A program made the translations under genes and the position numbers. A stretch of DNA of 62,694 nucleotides, the filler included. It is 3 parts of 3 records of this genome, joined end to end, with 100 filler letters (N's around TTAATTAATTAA, not from the genome) between each part and the next. Parts side by side here need not be neighbours in the genome. Positions count along the whole stretch, not along the records: positions 1 to 24,136 come from DRR378314_392; positions 24,237 to 54,589 come from DRR378314_395; 1 more part is not named here. The stretch is one strand, 5' to 3'. The notes beneath the pieces were generated by a model. That model ran no database searches and was not told the origin of the DNA. It was given only the letters and a program-made list of their open reading frames with translations. Positions 20,731 through 30,400 of the stretch are shown here, one piece after another; the first letter of the stretch is position 1, and each line of letters begins with the position of its first letter.

Positions 20731-21303
20731 ATGATGCAAGACGACATGCCTACCGCCCTTGACCTGCCAATGATGGATCCACTGCCGGAAGCTACACAGA
20801 AATACTTTGACATCTGTCAGGAAAAACTGGGCATGGTGCCAAATGTGCTGCGGGCCCATGCCTTTGACGTGAACAAGCTGAACGCCTTCACAGCGCTGTA
20901 TAACGATCTGATGCTGGCTGATAGCACGCTTAGCAAACTTGAGCGTGAGATGATCGCGGTTGCGGTTTCATCGGTAAACAAGTGTTTCTACTGCCTTGTT
21001 GCCCATGGGGCGGCGGTGCGCGATTTGTCCGGTGACCCCGCATTGGGTGAAGCATTGGTGATGAACTACCGTGTGGCGAAAATTTCGGCCAAACAACGGG
21101 CGATGTTGGATTTTGCGGTGCAATTGACCCAGCACAGTGCCAGCGTTGAGGAAAAAGACCGCCAAGCGCTGCGTGATGCAGGGTTTTCAGATCGTGATAT
21201 CTGGGACATCACCAATGTCGCGGCGTTTTTCAATATGACCAACCGCGTGGCCAGTGGCACAGACATGCGGCCCAACCCTGAATACCACGCACAGGCGCGA
21301 TGA
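20731..21303 (+). CDS. AhpD/CMD-family peroxidase-related enzyme
   Basis: LSKLEREMIAVAVSSVNKCFYCLVAHG (CxxC) and FFNMTNR. Confidence 0.9.
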   Translation: MMQDDMPTALDLPMMDPLPEATQKYFDICQEKLGMVPNVLRAHAFDVNKLNAFTALYNDLMLADSTLSKLEREMIAVAVSSVNKCFYCLVAHGAAVRDLSGDPALGEALVMNYRVAKISAKQRAMLDFAVQLTQHSASVEEKDRQALRDAGFSDRDIWDITNVAAFFNMTNRVASGTDMRPNPEYHAQAR

Positions 21304-22235
21304 TCCGCGCTGGCCTTGCCTTCCTGTTGCTGATCGCGGGGCCTTTGGGGGCCGTAGAAATCAACTTGCCCGCCACGGCGCGGCAAACGGTAGAGCGTAA
21401 CACCGGGCCGGACATTTACGATGCGCCCGTTGGCGTGTTCACAGCGGGCAAGGTGGCGACGGTTACCTTGGAGGGTGATGTTCAGCGGGCAGCATGGCGG
21501 CTTGATGCGCCGGGTCTGACGCCGTTTCAGGTGATGCGCCCGCTGCGCGAGCAATTGATTGCAGCAGATTTTGAAATCGCGCTTGATTGCCATGCTGCGA
21601 CCTGTGGTGGTTTCGACTTCCGTTTCGCCACGGAGACCCTGCCGGGGCCGAACATGTATGTTAACATCCGCGCCTTTCAGTTTGTGACTGGCCTGCGTCT
21701 TGTGGAGGGGGATCTGCGCGAGGCGGTAACGATTTTGGCCAGCACCTCCGCCACTTCTGCTTATGTGCAGATCATCCGCGCCGGCACCGCAGCAAAAGAA
21801 CCCTTGTCGGTGACGACAGAGGCCGCATTGCCCGTCGGTACGGGTGAAACCGGGACGGATGATATGGCCACGGCCTTGCTGGCGCGCGGTCACAAGGTGC
21901 TAAGTGATCTGGATTTTGAAAGCGGCAGCAGTGAGCTTGGCAAGGGGCCGTTTGAAAGCCTGGCTGCCCTCGCTGCGTTTCTACGCAACCAGCCTGAACT
22001 GCGGGTGGCCTTGGTCGGGCATACCGATACGGTTGGGGGGCTGGATGCAAATATTACCGTGTCACGGGCACGTGCACGTTCTGTCCGGCAGCGTTTGATT
22101 GATGGGTATGGGGTGAGCGCCGCGCGTCTGGACGCCGAAGGCATGGGGTATCTTGCACCGGTGGCCAGCAATATTGACGAGGCCGGGCGAGAGCAGAATC
22201 GCCGCGTCGAGGTGGTGTTGCTGGGGCTGCCCTAA
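21300..22235 (+). CDS. OmpA-like peptidoglycan-binding domain protein with an N-terminal periplasmic domain
   Basis: Signal peptide, CxxxxCGGFDFRF, VGHTD and NRRVEV. Confidence 0.88.
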   Translation: MIRAGLAFLLLIAGPLGAVEINLPATARQTVERNTGPDIYDAPVGVFTAGKVATVTLEGDVQRAAWRLDAPGLTPFQVMRPLREQLIAADFEIALDCHAATCGGFDFRFATETLPGPNMYVNIRAFQFVTGLRLVEGDLREAVTILASTSATSAYVQIIRAGTAAKEPLSVTTEAALPVGTGETGTDDMATALLARGHKVLSDLDFESGSSELGKGPFESLAALAAFLRNQPELRVALVGHTDTVGGLDANITVSRARARSVRQRLIDGYGVSAARLDAEGMGYLAPVASNIDEAGREQNRRVEVVLLGLP

Positions 22236-22364
22236 AGGGCAGAGCCATCTGTCTTTTGCGGCAGTTTCAGGCAGGGGTACACCAATGACCGTGCACCCGC
22301 GCCGCCGACGATAACAAAAATTCCGGTTAGGGTTCAGGACCAGCCGGCCCTGACCTTGGTGGTT

Positions 22365-23084
22365 CTAAAGCAAGGTAATGCTTGATCGGGAGGACAGGGC
22401 GTCGCGTGCAAGCTGATCAGTGGCCCCGATGTGCCAGTCCAACCCGTGATGCCCGGCTTGGGCCGCCGCACGCAGATTGCGCGCCGCTTTCTTGGAGTTT
22501 TGCGAGGTCGTCAACAACGCTTCGGCCAGTTTGGCCCGATCTTCGCGGATGGCATTGACGCGTTTGTCATGCTCCGCCTTGCTGATCTGCCCGGCAGCAA
22601 CAGAGAGGGACAGGCGATTCAGCTCTGCATCCTGTGCGGCCAAAAGGTCGGGCAGGGAAGTCTGGATAGCTGCCAGATTGTCATTGGCCTTGCGCAGATT
22701 ACGCACCAAGGCATTGGGCGAGGCCAGCGTGACCCGTCGCTTCACGTTCCGCTTGCCCGCAATATTGCCGATGACCGCACCACCTGCGGCTCCGACAGCG
22801 GCAGAGGTGACGCACTTGCCCGCATTGCTGGCTGTAAGAACACTCAGGCCACATCCAACCGCTGCACCGACCATCGCGCCTTTTAGCGTAGAGGCCCGCA
22901 CAATGGCATTGGCATGAGCGTTCAGCTCTCGTGCCTGTTCTGTCATACCGTCAGAGGCCAGCACACTACCATGAAAGCCCAGCGGATTGGTTTCCAGACG
23001 TGTCGGCGCATGCGGGGTGTTCTGGGAACAGGCCGTCAGAGTGAGAGCCGCGATGCTTAGCAATAGGGCGCGTTGTATGATCAT
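22365..23084 (-). CDS. Hypothetical lipoprotein with a glycine-zipper segment and helical C-terminus
   Basis: ATG 23084 gives MIIQRALLLSIAALTLTA-C (lipobox), followed by GAMVGAAVGC...AAVGAAGGAVIG. Confidence 0.75.
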   Translation of the reverse strand: MIIQRALLLSIAALTLTACSQNTPHAPTRLETNPLGFHGSVLASDGMTEQARELNAHANAIVRASTLKGAMVGAAVGCGLSVLTASNAGKCVTSAAVGAAGGAVIGNIAGKRNVKRRVTLASPNALVRNLRKANDNLAAIQTSLPDLLAAQDAELNRLSLSVAAGQISKAEHDKRVNAIREDRAKLAEALLTTSQNSKKAARNLRAAAQAGHHGLDWHIGATDQLARDALSSRSSITLL

Positions 23085-23335
23085 GAATCTCTGTCCTGCT
23101 GTATTGTTTCGCAAAGAGATACACAGAGTTTCTGTCCGAAATATGGCAAGCGTTTGGCCGCATTTGGAATCGCGGAGAATTTTGTCCGTGAAACTTTGTG
23201 GCGGGTTGGCACATGATGGCGTGCAGTAACCTGTTGGGTCGCCTGCAAGAATCGGCTTTCCGGCACACTTATTTCCAGGGTTCATGGCGCAGTAGTTTTC
23301 CGCATGGCCCCCGCGCGTGGCTACACACTACGAAC

Positions 23336-23379
23336 GAAAAAAACCCCCCGATGCGCGAACTGGCACCGGAGGGGAGTTT
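23336..23379 (-). terminator. Intrinsic terminator downstream of the LysR gene
   Basis: Minus strand AAACTCCCCTCCGGTGC-loop-GCATCGGGGGGTTTTTTT. Confidence 0.75.
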
Positions 23380-23413
23380 CACCGAGGGAGGCGGTGTCGT
23401 GTTCGGGAACGGT

Positions 23414-24136
23414 TTACCAGTCGCTGGGGCCTTTTTCAGCGAACTCGTGAACCAGAAAGTCGATAAAGGCGCGCACCTTGGGCTGTGTGAAACGGCCCGG
23501 AGGATAAACAGCATAGATGCCTTGGGTTTCCATCGGCAGGTCTGGAATGGCGTCCTCGACCAGACCTTTTTCCATGGCGTCCGCATAAAGGAAGCTAGGC
23601 AAATAAGCGATGCCAAGACCGGAAATCGCGGCGTTCAGCAGGGATTGGCCATCGTTCACCGACAGCCAGCCGGCGGTGCGGACCTGACGTTTTTCACCAG
23701 AGGGCGCAGTCAGTTTCCAGACATTGCCGCTGGACTGATTGGAATAATGCAAAAGCTTGTGATCATTCAGATCGTCTATCTTTTCAGGGCGGCCGTATTG
23801 TTCGAAATACTTTGGCGAGGCAATCATGCGTTTGGTGGTCTCGGTCAGCTTGCGGGCCCGCAATGTGCTGTCTTCCAGCTCACCAATGCGCACGGCCATG
23901 TCAAAACCTTCGCTGATCAGCTCAACGTAACGGTTGTTGAGAACCATGTTCACAGTGATGTCCGGGAAATCGCTGAGGAATTCCGAGAGGGCAGGTGAAA
24001 GGTGGTTCACGCCAAAGTCCGTAGCAACGGAGATCCGCAGCAACCCCGAAGGTGCCGATTGCATCGAGGTGACCAATGCGTCTGCTTCACCTGCATCATT
24101 CAATACGCGGCGGGCGCGGTCGTAATAGGCCAGACC
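23414..24136 (-). CDS. LysR-family regulator (CrgA-like substrate-binding domain), 5' truncated at the contig end
   Basis: PSGLLRIS, EGFDMAVRIG, ASPKY, GLGIAYLP, PKVRAFIDFL. The HTH lies beyond the N spacer. Confidence 0.92.
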   Translation of the reverse strand, partial: GLAYYDRARRVLNDAGEADALVTSMQSAPSGLLRISVATDFGVNHLSPALSEFLSDFPDITVNMVLNNRYVELISEGFDMAVRIGELEDSTLRARKLTETTKRMIASPKYFEQYGRPEKIDDLNDHKLLHYSNQSSGNVWKLTAPSGEKRQVRTAGWLSVNDGQSLLNAAISGLGIAYLPSFLYADAMEKGLVEDAIPDLPMETQGIYAVYPPGRFTQPKVRAFIDFLVHEFAEKGPSDW

Positions 24137-24236
24137 NNNNNNNNNNNNNNNNNNNNNNNNNNNNNNNNNNNNNNNNNNNNTTAATTAATTAANNNNNNNN
24201 NNNNNNNNNNNNNNNNNNNNNNNNNNNNNNNNNNNN
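24137..24236. other. Artificial contig spacer
   Basis: 44 N + TTAATTAATTAA (stops in all six frames) + 44 N. Confidence 0.98.
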
Positions 24237-24491
24237 CCGCTTCGTGTTGTTGTTGTGGGCTTGTGGCGCCTTGCGCCGGTTGTCGCCGTTGTCTTGGCGC
24301 GAAGTGTTGCCTTCTAGTCCTTGAAGCACGCGGCGCTGATACATGTATCCGGATCGCTGTTGGGAGACGCCCCGTGAACCTTGTGCGCAAGCTGCGCTTG
24401 GGCGGCGCTGACGTGCGTACGATACCGTGCCCTGTTCTTGGGCGTGCCTCTCCCTTGTGTGCTGCCTGGTCTGCTTTCGGGGTCCTTGCAG

Positions 24492-26517
24492 AGTGCCCGA
24501 CATCGCAGGGCAAAGTGTGCTTTGACCACGGTACTTGCGTTGCCAATCAGTCAAACGCTGTGTGTCAGTGCGAGTCGACGTACGTCGGGGTGTCGTGCCA
24601 GTTTGCGTGTCCTCTGGAGAACAACACCGTGTGCAACAACCACGGCTCGTGCTTCGCGGATACCAGTGCGGCGAAGTGCAACTGCACGACCACGCATCGT
24701 GGTGACGCGTGCGAGCAGGCGTGCCCGACGGGGAACGGCACGTCGGTGATCTGCTCTGGCCATGGCGTGTGCGAGCGCTCGAGCGTGGCGAATACCAAGG
24801 TCGCGTTCTGCAACTGCTCGACGGACTTTGTTGGCCCGAACTGCGGCTACGCGTGCCCTGTCGCCGAGAACAACGCCGGGCAAAACGAGACGTGCGCGGG
24901 AGTGGGCAGCTGCATCTACGATGGGCAGCGCGACATTGCGCGCTGCGAATGCCAGGGTGACGTGCGCGGTGTGAACTGCCAGCAAAATTGCCCGAAGAAC
25001 GCTACGGGCTCGATCTGTGCAGGACTTGGCGAGTGCGCGACGCGTTTCGGGCAGCCGATCCAGGGGTACACGTTTGACGAGAAAGACGCCATCTGCAACT
25101 GCTCGCACGGGCTCACCGGGCGGCTGTGCGGAGTGCAGTGCAAGCGCGTCAGCGGCGATGTATGTGCGGGCAACGGCGATTGTTCGTACAAAGTCGAGAA
25201 TGGCAACGAAGTTCCGATCTGCAACTGCAAGGAAACGCACGTCGGCGAGAACTGCACGTACGCGTGCCCGATTTACAACGGGAACGTGTGCTCGGGCAAC
25301 GGTCAGTGCAGTCTCAACGGCACGCAGGCTGTGTGTACGTGCAAGTTCTCTTTCCTCGGATCCGACTGTTCGCAGCAGGTCAACTTTGCCATGTTCTTCG
25401 ATGGTAACGATGATGTTGCCGATCTTGGCCGCCGCCAGAATCTCGAGTTTACTGGCAACCTTTCGGTCGAAGCGTGGATCAGACCTTCTATCGAACGTCC
25501 GTTCGCAATGATATTCGGCAACGTCATCGATAACGGCGCGAGCGAGTTTGGCTACGGTCTCGAGATTGCCGATTCAGGAAAGGCCACCAAATTCCTTCTT
25601 TCGCTGGCCGAGGTGAATGGATTCGGCGCTTCTCTTGAAGTATCGACACCGATCAACGTGTGGTCGCACGTAGCGGGAACCTGGGACGGCGAGTACCAGC
25701 GCATTTATCTCAACGGCACGCTGGTCAACTCAGTGCGCCGCGTGCCGCCCGGCGGCGGCCGCTTCAACGTGGTCCACTCAGCGGGAAGCGTGACGCCGAA
25801 CAACTTCCGGATGGCAGCGCACATCGATTCTGATGAGAGTGTACGTTGCAGCTAGTGATGCTGCGTTCGATGAGCACTGGTGTTGTTTTTTCTTTCTTTC
25901 TTTCTTTATGTTTGAGTCACGTATGGGTGCGTCGTGACGCTAGCCGCTCGAACTGCTGTGTGGGGAAAGATCGGTTGCGAGTAGGAAGCGGCAGGCCCTG
26001 AAGCGCGTCCAGCCCAATCTCGCTGTGATTTTTTTTTTTGTTTGGAGAGGCAAACGTTCGCCAGTAGCCTGGGCGGATTTCGTTACCCTATTGTACGCCA
26101 CTGCGGATGAAGCGTGCCGGGCAGCGTATGCGCCGGTGTTTGATGTACATTGGCTGCCAAGTGCTGCCAGCTCGTGTCGTTTCCGCGTTGACAGCGTGCT
26201 CATCCGCATGGATCGATATGACGTTGCTCATTTTTTTTCTCTTCGCATCCGGCTGTCTTTACATGCCGTAGATCTACTTCCGTGGTACTATGGACGAAGT
26301 CCGCGCGTGGAATGTGGCGCGTTCTACGTCCGAGATTTCCTCGTCCTTCCGTCAGCGCCTGCAGGGCAACGAGAACGGCCTCCAGGCGTACTTCAGCTTC
26401 AACAACGGCGAGGGCACAACCGTTACGGATCGCACTGGAAAAGGGAACACGGCACAGCTCACGAGCGCACCCCAGTGGGTCTCCAGTCTTCCTGGGGCGG
26501 AGTTCAACAGTACGTAA
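24492..26517 (+). CDS. Eukaryotic extracellular protein: at least 7 tenascin-type EGF-like repeats plus a LamG/ConA-like jelly-roll domain (spliced, 5' partial)
   Basis: Exon 24492-25840 has seven six-Cys CP..C..HG.C..C.C..G..C units, then FDGNDD, SVEAWIRP, WSHVAGTWDG. A GTACGT...TAG intron joins in phase to an exon from 26272 reading IYFRGTMDEVRAWNVARS...GLQAYFSFNNGEG. Two further small exons may extend the gene to about 26852. Confidence 0.85.
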
Positions 26518-27485
26518 TCGCTCAGTAGGCGAAGAGAAACGAACCACACGTTTTATCGATTGCTCCTCGCCTGATTTTCTCTTGCGCGCAGTCGAGTCAG
26601 GATCTCTTGGCGCACAGGTGGCCGTACTGCCCGAGAATGTAGTGGTTCGCATTTCGTTTTCGGAGCCGGCGGCCGGCTCGGGCACGCAGCCCCGGTGCGC
26701 GATAGAACGGCAAGCGTAGGCGGGTGTCTTGCTGCCCGTGCCAAGTAAGCATTCGCCTCCTCATCCACACTTTTTTTTCACTGACTGTTGCCACGTGCAG
26801 ACAACCCGTAACGAAGGTCGCCCTGGGCGCAAGGAATCTATTCGGCCACTAGTGGTTCCCGTTGCGAAGAACAGTTGTGCCCTGTGTGCTTTTCCTTTTC
26901 CTTTTCTTCTTTTTTCTTTCTTTCTCTCTCTCTCCCTGTAAGCCGTGCACTGTACTGTGACGGCGCGTGCGCGAGGAGATGAAGATACACATCGCGGTGC
27001 TCCATGCTCATCGCAATAGTACTTCCAATCGCGCTGTTGAATACAAATTTGTTCTGCACGATTCCGAAGCAGTGTATTTCAAGCTGCGGTGGCGCACAAC
27101 ACGCGTCGTGTTACAAGCAATCCATTCGCACTCCTTTCTCCGCAACCCTTTTTCCTTTGCCCGCACTCCACCTGTATGTTAATCGATACAGAGGCATCGT
27201 GCTTGTCTCCGCAGTATTTCACACGCGGAAATTGGCGATCGAACTTTTGCTTGCAGAGCGCGGGGTGCAAGGCGGCTCTTGGCACTGCGGAAGAGCACGT
27301 CACTCCACGGCAACGCAGGGGCGGTATTTCTGGTTGTTGGGATTCTAGGGTGCTGATATATATCCTCTATCCATAGGCGCGAATGCGGGCGCAGCTCTCG
27401 CGCCAAACGGCGTCGCACTGCGGATTCTACGGATGCTCCTGATTTGTGCTGCCAGAGCGCATCGGCGACTCTTGCTCGATTGAAA

Positions 27486-30400
27486 ATGCAGAATGTTTGT
27501 TACGATGATATACTTCTCCAGTGTGTCCGTACAGTGGCGTATCATGCGATGGACCCGATTCCGTACTCGGCAGTGTGGTGCGTGTTTGCGAACGACTCCG
27601 CCGCATCGTGTTCTGCGGAGCGCCTTTTTGGGACCCAGATCACTGTGGAGAACTTCTTCAAACCATCCTTTCCCCCCTTCCTCACCTTCCAGCATAATTC
27701 CAGCGTCGTTTACCCACCCACGTTCTTACGAGCACATGTAAATGCGGCTAGGTAGAACTCGACGATATTTGTACGCGATCGCAGCCGAAGCGGTGGGAGC
27801 CTCGGGCAGGCTGCGAGTTGGCCGGAAGCTCCGAACGCAAGACTTATCTTGGGAACACCGCATGCAACGCAACTTATCAGCCCTTCGCTCACCGCCCCGA
27901 CCGCTTCATCTTGACGTGCTCTTGTATCTGACATGAAATACTGCAGGGAATCAGTGCATGAGTTGATAGATTCGAGGGGTTGGAGATTTGGCTCACCTCT
28001 GTGCATCGGTGTCCTGGCCGAGCTCGCCGCTGCCCCGACTTCCGTTCGCGTCTTCAGGAGCGCAGACGCTGCGCCGGATGGGATTCTTTCTCCTCAGCTT
28101 GTTCATTCACTCTCGGAGTCAGACCTTGCAAGTATTCATCTATCGGCAACGCTTTCGTGCATGCTGCGCCATATTGGACTGCACAGTGTACGTGCGAGGC
28201 GCTCTTGGCGTTTTTTTTTTTTTTTTGTTTTGCCTGGGAGCCTGTCGATCCGCGATTCCTTTCTTGCAGCTGTTTTTTTATTTTTTGTTTCGTGCAACTC
28301 TAGCACTGCATTGTCCTACGGAAGCGAGATTATTTGTTTGTAGCACTTCTGTTATAACCTTCACAACAGCTTATTTTTTTTCCAAACTCCATTCTGTGTT
28401 GACAAGTTGAGCTCGGAAGCTTCGTGTGTGTTGGTGTTGTACTTCGCAAAACATTGCGGTGCGTGCAAGCGGTCGACCGGCGAGAACCTCCTGTGTGCTT
28501 CGTGCACGCGCTGCAACGCGCAGAGACCGCACTCCGTCAGCCCGCCCATGCCTAGGTGTCAGCAGTGCCTGCTGAGCAAACGGTGTTTTAATAGGCGTGG
28601 AGTAAAGAGACTCTTACGGTCCTTCGTTGCTCCGGTGCTTCCTGTCCGTTAGACGAGTATCGCGCAGAACGGCACGCGTGTTGCGCTGATTCGCGAACTG
28701 GTTCGCGCCGGGGCGGCAGGAACGACGAGCAAAAGGCTCTCTGAGCTGCTCGGCCGGAGTGCAGGAGACATTTTCGCAGCAACGCGCTTTTTGTTACACA
28801 TGCGCGTTGCACAAACATGGTGGACCTACGACGAAAGTGATGGCTCAAAGGCGCACATTGTTCTCACGTGCTTTGGCGACGATGACGAGGCTGTACGTGT
28901 ATTGGTTCTCTCGCTCGCGCGGCGAAGGCCAACGCAAATTGCTCCGCGTCCACTTCTGATGCGTTGGAATGCATGGTTTTTGTTTCATTGTTCCGTTCTC
29001 TGACAAAAGTGTGGGTTTCTGCATCCAGTTCGTAGCGATGCGCGTGGCTTGCTCCGTTGGGTTCGAACTGTTTGTCAGAATTCATAGTGTCGTTATGCTG
29101 CGTCTCTCCATCCCTCTGTCGCTCGTGCTCTTTGCTCTCCGATTCGACACTGATTTTTCACTGTCAGTCATTACAACGCTCCATGGTATATCATTTTTTC
29201 TCAATTTATTTTGCATGCGTCATTTGGATCCTTTGTTCGAACGAAAAGATGCGTGTAGGCGAGACGTCTGGCTCAGCAGCGGCGAGGGCGGGCGCAGAGT
29301 GGGTCAATGTGCCAGCCGCCAACTGCGCTCCCACGCAACTCGCTGACGCAAACGACCCGGCGCAGAACTCGGTCTTCTATGCTATTATTTCACTGCTTGC
29401 CGAGAAGTTTAAGGGAGGAGTGGCAATGGACGAACTCGTTTCGACCTGTAAGGAGCATTTGGCTACCCAGGTATGCCAGTGCCTTTTTTTTCTGTTTTTT
29501 TTTTTTTCTTCTTTCTTGTTCATTCATTCTTTCGTCGCAAGGACGGACGGATGGGGATGAGGTGCTGTCCGAGCGCACAGCGTTGGGAGTTCCTTTGGCA
29601 ATCATCCGCGCCTTCACGATAGCATGCCTTATTTCGCATAAGGCTTCTTGTGCTTAGATTGATACCCGGAATCAGAAATTGAGCTTTTGTGCGCGTGGGG
29701 TAAACCCCTGCTGCGAGATGCCCTTTTCGCTGCTCGCGCGTGCCGTGTGTTGCTTTTCCGGACTGACGCGGAGCTGAACCCGGCGATACCAAAGTGTGTT
29801 TGCGTCGTTTTTCCGATATAGTGGCGCCTCCCTCTTCGTTGCTGTCTCTTGCTCAACGACTCTGAGCGAGTAAACCGTTTCCTCAGCGGCTACGATTGAT
29901 GCATTGGGGTCGGGTTTCTTGTCCCTCCATTGCCAAAGCAGCCTGGACGCGAACCCGAACTTGCACATCTCTCGCACCTGCTCGATGAGAATCGAACCGG
30001 GCACATGCCGAGCGCGATGGCGGGAACAGGGTCTGGCATTGTATCTTTGCTTTGTCATAGTTGTGACGGTACCGAGCTGTTGTAATGGAAATTTACACGC
30101 GTGCATTTCTTATCGCCATGGTAAGACGTGTTTTGATGTCGATAACATCCGTGTATGTTGTATGTCTGTGGACAAAACTTGCGTGCAGGGTATCCGCAAG
30201 GGCGAAAGCGGTATCGTTCGTTCGCTTTCGCATCTCGCATCGATGAATTGTATTGTTCGCCTTCGGAATGGAATTATGGACCAGTCATGCATTCAATGTA
30301 TAGATAAATCGATCATACTGATTGCAGATTTTCGTGAGGTATCGGTCCAGCGCTTATTGAATCAATTCTCTGGCGATGGGCTCGAGGCGAGTCATGGAGC

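Noticed and set aside
23206..23222. TTGGCAC sigma-54-like -24 element
   Set aside because: No TTGC at the required spacing and no plus-strand gene downstream.
24181..24192. TTAATTAATTAA repeat, also at 54634-54645
   Set aside because: Synthetic six-frame stop linker flanked by exact N44 runs; not biological.
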